Source: Myxococcota bacterium
Lineage (GTDB): Bacteria; Myxococcota_A; Polyangia; HGW-17
Assembly: GCA_036802685.1 (NCBI GenBank)
Contig: DAIRVS010000006.1
Span: 1,073-65,072 of the forward strand
DNA: 64,000 nt
Direction of reading: 5' to 3'
Shown here one piece after another: positions 20,595-32,165 of the stretch. Every line of letters begins with the position of its first letter. The first letter of the stretch is position 1. A program made the position numbers and the translations under genes. The notes below the pieces were generated by a model that saw only the letters and a program-made list of their open reading frames with translations, was not told the DNA's origin and did no database searches.

Positions 20595-21300
20595 CAAAAT
20601 CTTCTTCGGGTTCTGGGGGGCCGCCCTCCTGCTCATCGTGGGCTTCATCGCCGCGCTCTCGTCGATCACGCGGGCCTGGGTGTCCCCCGACGGGCGCCAG
20701 CTGCGCGACGCCACCCACCTGACCGGCCCCTGGAAGGACCAGGCCATCGCCGAGCGCGACTTCACCTCCCTGCGCCTGACGGGGGCTTTCGACGTGACCT
20801 GGGAGCGCGCCGCGGACTTCTCGGTCACCGTGTCGGTCCCCGAACGGTTCTCCGACGCCTTCGTCGCCCGCCGCGAAGGATCTGCGCTGGTCCTCGCCAA
20901 CCGGCTGGACGGGCGCTTCTCGGAGCTCGCCCTGCGCGTGCGGATCCAGAGCCCGTCCCTCACGGCGATCACGGCCGGCCGGAGCCTGAAGTTGAAGCTC
21001 GCCGGGAACCCGGGGCCTACCTTCGACGTCTCGGGCCGCGGGGCCGTCTGGATCGAGGGCGCGTGTCCGGAGCCCGTGGAGCGGCTGTCCGTGCGCTCCG
21101 AGGGCCTGACGGTGCTGCAACTAAAGGACTGCCGCCTCAAGATCCTCGAGCTCGAAGCCCACGGCAAGGTGATGATCGACGCCGAGGTCACCGACGCCCT
21201 CGAGGGGAGCGTCCACGGCGACGGACGCATCCACCTGAAGGGCGCCCCTGCCCGCCAACGTCTCTTCAATCAGGGATCGGTCCGCGTCGTCACCGAATGA
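20581..21300 (+). CDS. membrane-anchored protein with a DUF2807/GIN-like beta-helical domain
   Basis: N-terminal TM helix, then repeated beta-strand units; this is a common partner of YtrA operons. Confidence 0.45.
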   Translation: MKTSSKIFFGFWGAALLLIVGFIAALSSITRAWVSPDGRQLRDATHLTGPWKDQAIAERDFTSLRLTGAFDVTWERAADFSVTVSVPERFSDAFVARREGSALVLANRLDGRFSELALRVRIQSPSLTAITAGRSLKLKLAGNPGPTFDVSGRGAVWIEGACPEPVERLSVRSEGLTVLQLKDCRLKILELEAHGKVMIDAEVTDALEGSVHGDGRIHLKGAPARQRLFNQGSVRVVTE

Positions 21301-21309
21301 TCGAAGTGT

Positions 21310-23556
21310 TCACGGATGGGAGAAGTGCGCGAAGTTGTCCTGGTTGGGGAAGATGTCGATCTTTTTGAGCTCGGAGAGCACGCCCGAGCCGAAGTCGGCT
21401 TGGACGGTGTAGGGCTCCTTGCGGGCGCGCAGCCGGAAGACCTTCTCGGCGCCCTTGTTCTTCCCGCCGATGGAGATCGTGCACGGGGCCGAACAGGTGA
21501 CCTTGAGGATGCCCACGCCGCCGGCAAGGTCCACCGGGCCGTCGTCCGTTGGCGGTGAGGCGCCCCCCGGATCCTGGCCGGGGCGCATCCCCGCGGAGCC
21601 CCCGTGGCCGCCGCCCGAACCGCCACCCGAACCGCCCCCCGAACCGCCGCCGCCCGAGCCGGGATCGTCACCGGGGACGGTCGTCACGGAGCCGCCGCCC
21701 TTCTCGAGCTTCACCTTGAGGGAGATCCGCTTGCCGCTGACGGGGTAGTCGACCTTCTGCTCGAAGGACAGGTCCCCCTTGACGACGCGGATCCCCAGCG
21801 GGACGTTGAAGCACATCTCGGTCTCCACGTTGTGAAGCGGGGTGTTCTGCGGGAGCTTCTCGCCGTCGAGGAAGACCTCGGCGTCCGAGGGCTCCGAAAC
21901 CAGGGTGATCTCGACGGACCCCCGCTTGCAGTCGCGGGCCGGGTCGGCGATGGTCGTCTTCTTGGGATCGGGCTTGTCCTGGGACTCCTCGGAGCGCGTG
22001 AAGTACAGGATGCCGGCGCCGATGGCGATGAGCAGGACCCCCAGAAAAATGTTGACGAGGGTGTTCACGAACGCCTTGCCCAGGCGGTCGATGAACGGCC
22101 ACAACACCGGGGGCCGTTGGGGCCGCGGAAAGCCGTCGGGCCGCACCCGCATGGTCTCGGTCTCCTTCTCGATGCGAACCTTCTCCTCTTTTTTCTGGGT
22201 CCGCTCCTGCTTGCGCCGCTCCCGCGCCTTCTCGGACGTGGCGCGGGTCAGGCCCACCGGATGGGCCTCGGGGAGGACAGCGCCCGCCGAGGACGGCGGG
22301 GCCGCCGGGGCCGCCGAAGCCGCCGGGGCCGCCGGGGACGGAGGGGGCGGGAGGGCGCCAGGGGACGGCGGGGCTCCGACTGGCGGGGACGAGAAGTCCA
22401 TCGTCGGGGGCGGCGCCAGATGGACCGGCAGCGGGGCCGGCCGCGAGGACAGGGGCCTTGGCGGGGCGGTGACCGCCGGCATGGGGCCGCTGCCAGCCGC
22501 AAAACCGGGACCCGAGGCGTAGCCGGGGCCGCGGGGCATCATCTGCACCTGCCCGGTCTCGGGCAGCGGGGACAGTTCGAGGATGTCGCCGGCGAGCTGC
22601 TCCACCTCGTCCACGCGGGAGCCGCGGGAGTGGATGTCCGGGAACATGTGGTTGAGGAACGAGGCCATGGCCTCGGGCGCGACCTCGAGCCCCTCGCGCT
22701 TGACGACGGTGTCCAGGGCGTTGCGGAACAGCCGGGCGCTGGGGAAGCGCTCGGAGGGGTCCCTCATGAGCGCCTTGCGCACGATCTCGGGCAGATCCCG
22801 CGGCAGGCCGGAGACCAGCCGCTCGATGGGCTCGAAGGCGCCGCTCTGGGCCTTGACGATGAGCTCGGCGTCGGTGGCGCCCTTGGAGTGGGTCTCTCCC
22901 AGCAGCAGCTCGTAGAGCACGACCCCCGCGGCGAAGATGTCCACGCGATGGTCGATGGCTTGACCCATGGCCTGCTCGGGCGCCATGTAGCGGAACTTGC
23001 CCTTGATCACGCCGTCCTGCGTGTGATGCAGCCCCTCGGCGGCCTTGGCGATGCCGAAATCGATGATCTTCACGGCCCCGGAGTACGAGACCAGGATGTT
23101 CTGCGGGCTGATGTCGCGGTGGATGATGTTCAGGGGCGCGTTGGTGGCCGCGTCCACCATGCGGTGGGCGTAGTCCAGGCCGGTGAGCGTCTGCCGGATG
23201 ATGTAGAGGGCAAACTCGAGCGGCAGCTTCTGGGCGGTCTTGCGCAGGGCGCGCATCATGGTCGAGACGTCCTTGCCGTGGATGTACTCCATGGTGATGC
23301 AGTAGGTCTCGCCGATCTGCTCGAAGTACAGCACCTGGCAGATGTTGGGGTGCAGCATGTTCGAGACCAGGCGCGCCTCGTCCTTGAGCGAGGCCACCAT
23401 GTCCTGATCCTCGGCGAGGTGGCTGTGCAGCATCTTCAGCGCGACGAGCTTCTCGAAGCCGGCGGCGCCCTTCATGCGGGCCTTGAAGACCTCGGCCATC
23501 CCGCCCCGGGCGATGCGCTCGATCAATTCGTAGTTGCCGTACTGCTGGACCGTCAT
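21310..23556 (-). CDS. eukaryotic-like Ser/Thr protein kinase with a Pro-rich linker, TM helix and extracytoplasmic Gly-rich domain
   Basis: Kinase subdomains GGMAEVFKA, HRDISPQNIL, DFGIAK and APE; a poly-Pro linker; a TM helix; a GGGSGGGSGGGSGGG tract. Confidence 0.85.
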   Translation of the reverse strand: MTVQQYGNYELIERIARGGMAEVFKARMKGAAGFEKLVALKMLHSHLAEDQDMVASLKDEARLVSNMLHPNICQVLYFEQIGETYCITMEYIHGKDVSTMMRALRKTAQKLPLEFALYIIRQTLTGLDYAHRMVDAATNAPLNIIHRDISPQNILVSYSGAVKIIDFGIAKAAEGLHHTQDGVIKGKFRYMAPEQAMGQAIDHRVDIFAAGVVLYELLLGETHSKGATDAELIVKAQSGAFEPIERLVSGLPRDLPEIVRKALMRDPSERFPSARLFRNALDTVVKREGLEVAPEAMASFLNHMFPDIHSRGSRVDEVEQLAGDILELSPLPETGQVQMMPRGPGYASGPGFAAGSGPMPAVTAPPRPLSSRPAPLPVHLAPPPTMDFSSPPVGAPPSPGALPPPPSPAAPAASAAPAAPPSSAGAVLPEAHPVGLTRATSEKARERRKQERTQKKEEKVRIEKETETMRVRPDGFPRPQRPPVLWPFIDRLGKAFVNTLVNIFLGVLLIAIGAGILYFTRSEESQDKPDPKKTTIADPARDCKRGSVEITLVSEPSDAEVFLDGEKLPQNTPLHNVETEMCFNVPLGIRVVKGDLSFEQKVDYPVSGKRISLKVKLEKGGGSVTTVPGDDPGSGGGGSGGGSGGGSGGGHGGSAGMRPGQDPGGASPPTDDGPVDLAGGVGILKVTCSAPCTISIGGKNKGAEKVFRLRARKEPYTVQADFGSGVLSELKKIDIFPNQDNFAHFSHP

Positions 23557-23581
23557 TCGTGTGGACCCATCCTAGGTAAGC

Positions 23582-24364
23582 CTATGCTTCCTCGTAGAAG
23601 CGCGGCGCGCTCGCGGACATGGGCAGGGTGTCCAGCTCCGCCCGCGAGAGGGCGCCGGTGCGCACCGAGCGTATCAAATGCAGGGGGGAAAAGGCAACAT
23701 CCTGCACGCGCACGGCCAGATCCGCGGGTTCCAGGCCGAACTCCCAGGCCCCGCGGTGGTGCTCGACGAGCCAGCAGCCCATAAGCGCGATCATCTCGTC
23801 GGTGGGCTCGGCTGGCGCGTCCTCGGGGAACACGCCGCGCTCGAGGAGCTTCTGCCAGTCGGCCTTCTTCCAGTCCGCGGGCCGCCCCCGGCGCCCCAGC
23901 ACGCGGGCCCCCGCCTCGGCCGCGAGCCCCTCGAGCTGCTGCCGGGCGCGCCCGGTGCGGACCTCGCCGATCAACCGCAACAGGGCGTCGATGACCTGGC
24001 GCTCCTCGTCCTCGGTGGCGTGTCGGCGGGCCAGCTCCAGCAGCTCGTGGGCCTCGCCCAGGCGGCGCAGCCGGGCCTTGGCCAGCCCCAGCGACAGGTA
24101 CAGCGCCGGCCGCCGGAACCCCAGGGCGAAGGCCGCGTGCAGGTGGCACTCGGCGGCCTCGAACTCGAGCAGCTCCAGGTGGAACCGGCCCCGCACGAAG
24201 TGGTACAACTGCAGGTCCTCGAGGAACTCGGTGGGGCGGCTCTCCTGGATCAGGGCGCCCGCATCGCGCAGCTCCCCGGCGCCGATGGCCTTGAGCGCCC
24301 GGGACATGTTCTCGATGCGGCGGACCTTCTTCCGGTAGAAGAGCCGGACCAGCCACCTAAACAT
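23582..24364 (-). CDS. hypothetical protein (TPR-like helical)
   Basis: 260-aa ORF upstream of and co-directional with the kinase. Confidence 0.4.
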   Translation of the reverse strand: MFRWLVRLFYRKKVRRIENMSRALKAIGAGELRDAGALIQESRPTEFLEDLQLYHFVRGRFHLELLEFEAAECHLHAAFALGFRRPALYLSLGLAKARLRRLGEAHELLELARRHATEDEERQVIDALLRLIGEVRTGRARQQLEGLAAEAGARVLGRRGRPADWKKADWQKLLERGVFPEDAPAEPTDEMIALMGCWLVEHHRGAWEFGLEPADLAVRVQDVAFSPLHLIRSVRTGALSRAELDTLPMSASAPRFYEEA

Positions 24365-24702
24365 CGGACATCACGGAAGGACTGAAAAATCCAAGCAAAT
24401 CAATCACTTCTCCTCCGTGAACGGTATACCTTCACGGGGCCTTCCCGTCAACCATTCTTTTCCGCGCGACGTTGTCATCCATTACAAATCTACGATACCG
24501 TATATGATGCAGGCACCCAAAGGTCCCTTCGCTCACTGAGTCCAAAATGGATGCAGGGACCGATAGAAATTGCAGCAATATTTGTATTTTCTCAGTGCCA
24601 CCGTCTCTTTCCTGAAATTTTTCCGATTGATTCCTGTTCTGGCTGGAACTACCATTTTCAAGTTCCATTCGTCCCGTCGCACCCCCTTCCTGGAGTCGTA
24701 CC

Positions 24703-26568
24703 ATGCGCATCCTCAGCACCCTGTTCGCGTTCTGGAGTCTCTTCGCCATCGTCGCCTGCGACGACGGCGGCACCAAGGCCTCCGACCCCGTCTGCGGTAA
24801 CGGTATCGTCGAGACTGGCGAGGCCTGCGACGGCGACGACTTCGCCGGGATGACCTGCGAGAGCTTCGGACAACCGGCAGGGACCCTCGCGTGCTCGGCC
24901 GGGTGCACCCTCGACTTGACCGGCTGCCGCGCGCTCAACGTCTGCGGCGATGGCATCCGCGATCCGGACGAGCCCTGTGATGGCGATGACTTCGGCACGA
25001 TGACCTGCGAGAGCTTCGGTATGGAGGCCGGCGACCTGGTCTGCACCGAGACCTGCACCATCGACGCGTCCGCCTGCCATGAGCTCGACGTCTGCGGCAA
25101 CGGGATCGCAGAGGCCGGCGAAGCTTGTGACGGCGAGGACTTCGGCACCTTTACCTGCGCCAGCTTCGGCTTTGACGGGGGCACTCTCACCTGCACCGAA
25201 GCATGTACGATCGACACCGCAACTTGCGGGTCAGTTCCTCCCGTATGCGGTGACGGGATCGCTCAGATGGAGAACGCGGAGGAATGTGACGGAAGCGATC
25301 TGGACGGAGAATCCTGTCAGTCCATCGGCTTTGCAGATGGGTCCCTGTCGTGTCTCCCCGACTGCACATTCGACACCTCAGCATGCACAGGTTTCTTCAC
25401 GGTTTCGGGCCGAGTATGGAGCCCCGGAGCGGACAATCCTCTCGTGCAGGAAACGAACTGGTTCCCCATCGCCAGAGCGACTGTCTCCGCCTACCTTACG
25501 GAGCCGCCGGCCCCGGCTCCATTGCCCGTCGGACTGTGTATGCCCTGTGAAGTACTTCCCGCCGGTACACCGTTCGCAGTTACCGAGCCGGATGGTTCTT
25601 TTGAGCTTCAACTTCAACCTAACACGACCTACTGGCTCCTGGTGCAAAAGGGGCATTTCCGACGTGTCAGCCAGATCACCACTGCCAATGCAGGCGCGGT
25701 TGATAATCTGGAACCCTCTCCAGGCCTCCCGCGCAATCCCATCACGACGCTGCCGAACCAGACCATTCCGGCTTCCAGACAATGGATTCCGAAGATCCTG
25801 ATCGTGGAGGGAAATTATGAGATGCTCGGTAAAATCTTCGAGACCCTTGGGTTCATGTACGGCACGGAGATCACAATCGTCAACGACGATGCCTCGTACA
25901 ATCTTTTCAATGACATCGACCAACTGAGAGAATACCAGGTCATCATCGCCACCAGCGGAGATGATGCGTCCTACCTCACGAATTCTGCAATACGATCCAA
26001 CCTTCAGCAGTATGTCTATGACGGCGGAATCCTGATCGCCGATGACTTTGCATATGATTTCACTGAACAGCCCTTCCCCGAGTTCGTGAGTTACTATGAA
26101 TCCGGGGGGGTCTGTGGAGATGGATTGAATGCCCCAGCGACCATTGGAGAATGCAACAATTGGTCATCGTATTCGCCTTCGGTCACCGCTGGAGATCCAA
26201 CCCTGAACCTGTGGATCAACCACGTGAACGGTGGAAGTGCATTCGCTTTCCAGGGGGTATGGAACATCATCCATGGACTGACAGCAGGGTTGCAGGGAAA
26301 TTGCAACGACCTCAATGACCCTTATTGCATTGACGGAAACTGGCTCGCACCGCCAAAGGTTTGGCTGAATGGGTCCTGGTCAACTTACTCAAATCATCCC
26401 CTGTCCGTCTCATGGAATTACTACTGCGGACGGGTGTTCTATTCAGCAGTCAAATCCTTTTCCAGCGGTCCCCAGACTGGATATGATTACTTGCTGCCTC
26501 TGCAGGAAAAGGTCTTGCTCTACTTGCTACTTGAGATGCAGGAATGTGCCGATCCTACATTGCTGTAG
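24703..26568 (+). CDS. lipoprotein with five Myxococcus cysteine-rich repeats (myxo_disulf_rpt type) and a C-terminal domain of unknown function
   Basis: Lipobox AIVAC, then five repeats of the form VCGNGIVETGEACDGDDFAGMTCESFG...GTLACSAGCTLDLTGC. Confidence 0.8.
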   Translation: MRILSTLFAFWSLFAIVACDDGGTKASDPVCGNGIVETGEACDGDDFAGMTCESFGQPAGTLACSAGCTLDLTGCRALNVCGDGIRDPDEPCDGDDFGTMTCESFGMEAGDLVCTETCTIDASACHELDVCGNGIAEAGEACDGEDFGTFTCASFGFDGGTLTCTEACTIDTATCGSVPPVCGDGIAQMENAEECDGSDLDGESCQSIGFADGSLSCLPDCTFDTSACTGFFTVSGRVWSPGADNPLVQETNWFPIARATVSAYLTEPPAPAPLPVGLCMPCEVLPAGTPFAVTEPDGSFELQLQPNTTYWLLVQKGHFRRVSQITTANAGAVDNLEPSPGLPRNPITTLPNQTIPASRQWIPKILIVEGNYEMLGKIFETLGFMYGTEITIVNDDASYNLFNDIDQLREYQVIIATSGDDASYLTNSAIRSNLQQYVYDGGILIADDFAYDFTEQPFPEFVSYYESGGVCGDGLNAPATIGECNNWSSYSPSVTAGDPTLNLWINHVNGGSAFAFQGVWNIIHGLTAGLQGNCNDLNDPYCIDGNWLAPPKVWLNGSWSTYSNHPLSVSWNYYCGRVFYSAVKSFSSGPQTGYDYLLPLQEKVLLYLLLEMQECADPTLL

Positions 26569-26596
26569 CAGGAGTTTTTTAACAAGGGTTATCACC

Positions 26597-27979
26597 ATGA
26601 CGAAATTGACATCAATTCTGTGTGGATTTCTTTTTCTTTTCACTGCCTGCGACGACGGCGGCACCAAGGTCGCCGACCCCGTCTGCGGTAACGGTATCGT
26701 CGAGACTGGCGAGGCCTGCGACGGCGACGACTTCGCCGGGATGACCTGCGAGAGCTTCGGACAACCGGCAGGGACCCTCGCGTGCTCGGCCGGGTGCACC
26801 CTCGACTTGACCGGCTGCCGCGCGCTCAACGTCTGCGGCGATGGCATCCGCGATCCGGACGAGCCCTGTGATGGCGATGACTTCGGCACGATGACCTGCG
26901 AGAGCTTCGGTATGGAGGCCGGCGACCTGGTCTGCACCGAGACCTGCACCATCGACGCGTCCGCCTGCCACGAGCCAGACGTCTGCGGCAACGGGATCGT
27001 GGAGGACGGTGAGGCCTGTGACGGAGAGGACTTCGGCTCCTTCACCTGCACCAGTTTCGGCTTCGACGAGGGCACCCTGACCTGCACCGAGGCCTGCACG
27101 CTCGATCTGTCCAACTGTGGGGGGTATGAACCACGCTGTGGCAACGGCGTGCTCGATACCGGGGAAGAGTGTGACGGCGATGACCTCGGGGACGTGACCT
27201 GTGATTCCATCGGCCACGATGGCGGTGTCGTGTCCTGCCTCTCCGTTTGTATCCTGGATTTCGACGGGTGCACTTGTGGCTCCAACCAGCGCTGCATTGG
27301 AAGCCTCGGATGCTGTAACGGGTCCTGTATCGACATTCAAACGGACACCAACAATTGCGGCGGATGTGGCAGTCAATGTTCCGCTTATACATCCAATGCA
27401 TGTGTCGACGGCACCTGCGCCTGCGGATCCGGTACCGAATGCCAAGGGGGACGTCGATGCTGCACGAACGGCTGCAAAGACACCAGCAGTGATGTCTACA
27501 ACTGCGGTTCTTGCGGCAACGCATGCGGTGTGGGTTTGACCTGCTCGGGAGGGCAATGTTTCTGTGGTTCCACGCCGTGCGTCTTTGGCGAGAGTTGCTG
27601 TGGTGATTACTGTGCCAACCTCACCACCGACCCCACCAACTGCGGCGAGTGCGGCAACGACTGCGGCAACGGCAACGGCTGCTCGAACGGCGACTGCACC
27701 TGCGGCACCTCGGGCCAGGTATGCCGCGGCGAGTTCGACTGTGGTTTCATGCCCGGCATGTCCACTTGCACCGAGGAGTGCTGCCCCACCGGCTGCGCCA
27801 TCACCGTTTCGGGTGACCTGATGGGCCTGACCGCCGTCGACCCGCACAACTGTGGCGAATGCGGCAACGACTGCGGCGCCAACATCTGCTGCTGCTCCTC
27901 CTTCCTCGGCAGCGGCTGCAGTTGCTGCTCCACCGGCCAGACCTGCGACCCCATGGCGGGCTGCATGAACGCAAAATAA
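26597..27979 (+). CDS. paralogous lipoprotein with five Myxococcus cysteine-rich repeats plus C-terminal NCGxCGxxC repeats
   Basis: Lipobox LFTAC. The first ~110 aa after the lipobox are nearly identical to the upstream paralog. The C-terminus carries repeated NCGGCGSQC / NCGSCGNAC / NCGECGNDCG modules. Confidence 0.8.
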   Translation: MTKLTSILCGFLFLFTACDDGGTKVADPVCGNGIVETGEACDGDDFAGMTCESFGQPAGTLACSAGCTLDLTGCRALNVCGDGIRDPDEPCDGDDFGTMTCESFGMEAGDLVCTETCTIDASACHEPDVCGNGIVEDGEACDGEDFGSFTCTSFGFDEGTLTCTEACTLDLSNCGGYEPRCGNGVLDTGEECDGDDLGDVTCDSIGHDGGVVSCLSVCILDFDGCTCGSNQRCIGSLGCCNGSCIDIQTDTNNCGGCGSQCSAYTSNACVDGTCACGSGTECQGGRRCCTNGCKDTSSDVYNCGSCGNACGVGLTCSGGQCFCGSTPCVFGESCCGDYCANLTTDPTNCGECGNDCGNGNGCSNGDCTCGTSGQVCRGEFDCGFMPGMSTCTEECCPTGCAITVSGDLMGLTAVDPHNCGECGNDCGANICCCSSFLGSGCSCCSTGQTCDPMAGCMNAK

Positions 27980-28302
27980 TTTCACAGGGCACATTCCCAA
28001 CTATACCACCCGCGTTGCAGGCGGTTGGCGGTGAGATCAAAGAGCAGCGGGGCCCCCCACGCACCTCCCCCACCGCCCGATCCGCGAACTTTCACGCGAA
28101 CCGGGACCGATCTGCCCGCCGCGTCTGGAAACCTTCACGCAAAACGTTCACGAGAAAGGGCCAAAATCGACGGTTTTTTGCGGGAATGAGCGGGAAGTGA
28201 AGACCCGCTGAGAGGGAACAAAAAGGCCTTGTGGATCAACGGGAATCGCCAAATTCCGAGCACTGAAAGGGCCTTGTTCCGACAGTCCTTGAAACCCCGA
28301 TC

Positions 28303-30873
<2,571 letters not shown>

Positions 30874-30902
30874 TCATATTAATGGAAAAAACACCATGCT
30901 TT

Positions 30903-32165
30903 TCAAGCCCCGGCGGGGGGGTCCGGCGGGGACTCGGCGGGGGGCTCCGACGGGGGCTCCGGGGCAGTCCCGGCGGGAGCCGGAGACGGACCACCGGCCG
31001 GCGCCGGCCGCTCCTCGCGCCGGTTCCGCAGGTGCCACAGGACGTACTCGGCGAAGAGCAGCAGGTAGACGCCCAGGGCGAACTCCGGAAACGGCGAGGT
31101 CTGCTGGAGGGTGAACGGGCGCAGCATCAGGGCGGCCGCGGGGGCCGCCGCGGCGATCAGCAGGAAGATGGCCGCGCGGCGGCGCACCACCTGGGGTCCG
31201 CTCCAGAACGGGAAGAAGGGAGCGAGCAGGGGACAGAACACCAGCAGGTTCAAGTTGAAGGCGCAGATGTCCAGGTACCGGTGAAAGAACAGCATCAGCG
31301 CGAACAGCCCGCCGAAGACCAGCGTCACGGTCCAGAAGGCCAACTGGAGCCAGACCGTGGAGCGGAAGAACACCAGGGGCATCAGCACGAGGGAGAGCAG
31401 CACGGCGATGATGGCGTACATCCACGGCGGCAGCAGGGACACGTGGTCGTGGGGGCGGCCCTCGGACAGCACCTCCGAGTGCGCGACCAGGGGCTCGTCC
31501 GGGTTACGGGGGTCGAGCCCCCGCGTGGAGAGCAGCGCCTGCTCGAGCTGGACCGGCAGGTAGGTCCCGTCCCAAGCCGAGCGCCCGAGGTCCATCTGCA
31601 CGGAGAGCAGCATGGAGAGCGTGTGTTTGAGGATGGCGTTGGCGCCCAGCACGTCGAAGAGCGAGGACCGCCAGGGCCGGCCGGGGCGCGCCTCGAGCAT
31701 CAGCCGGAAGCGCCCGTAGGAGACCTGGGAGATCAGGTCTCGCATGCGGGTGGCGCAGTTGTCGGCGAAGTGGTGGTAGCGGTACTCCCGCTCGGGGGAG
31801 GCCAGTTGGCGCGTCAGGAGCATCCGGACGGCGGCCACCTGCTCCGGGGCCAGCGCAAGCCGGTGGGCGCGCACCTCGCGCTCCTCGTGGGCGTACCCAT
31901 CCACAAAATCGTCCAGGTCCGAACGGTCGAGACTGTAGAAGGCGTTTCCATGCAGGAAATCCCACAGGAACTTCCGGTCGAACTCGAAGTGACCAAAGTC
32001 GTAGACCTCTTCGGGCTGACCCGGGGCGCGGAGCCAGAAGGCGCTGTGCCCGAAGCGGGTGAACAGCGAGGAGCCCGGATCCACCACGAGCACCCAGACC
32101 TCGGGACGCTCGGCGGGGGCCGGGGTCGTGAGCAGCATCAGGAGGGAGAGGAGGGCGGTGGTCAT
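30903..32165 (-). CDS. DUF4105-like membrane protein
   Basis: Signal-like MTTALLSLLMLLTTPAPA; an FGHSAFWL motif (DUF4105 core); multiple C-terminal TM helices and a Pro-rich tail. Its start overlaps the ctp stop (ATGA). Confidence 0.55.
   Translation of the reverse strand: MTTALLSLLMLLTTPAPAERPEVWVLVVDPGSSLFTRFGHSAFWLRAPGQPEEVYDFGHFEFDRKFLWDFLHGNAFYSLDRSDLDDFVDGYAHEEREVRAHRLALAPEQVAAVRMLLTRQLASPEREYRYHHFADNCATRMRDLISQVSYGRFRLMLEARPGRPWRSSLFDVLGANAILKHTLSMLLSVQMDLGRSAWDGTYLPVQLEQALLSTRGLDPRNPDEPLVAHSEVLSEGRPHDHVSLLPPWMYAIIAVLLSLVLMPLVFFRSTVWLQLAFWTVTLVFGGLFALMLFFHRYLDICAFNLNLLVFCPLLAPFFPFWSGPQVVRRRAAIFLLIAAAAPAAALMLRPFTLQQTSPFPEFALGVYLLLFAEYVLWHLRNRREERPAPAGGPSPAPAGTAPEPPSEPPAESPPDPPAGA

Noticed and set aside
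24432-28000. Antisense and overlapping ORFs across the Cys-repeat lipoprotein genes (24432..25217, 26527..27336, 26612..28000 and others)
   Set aside because: They are Ser/Pro/Ala-rich mirror-frame artefacts of the repetitive GC-rich coding strand. The plus-strand genes have lipoprotein signals and a recognisable repeat family.
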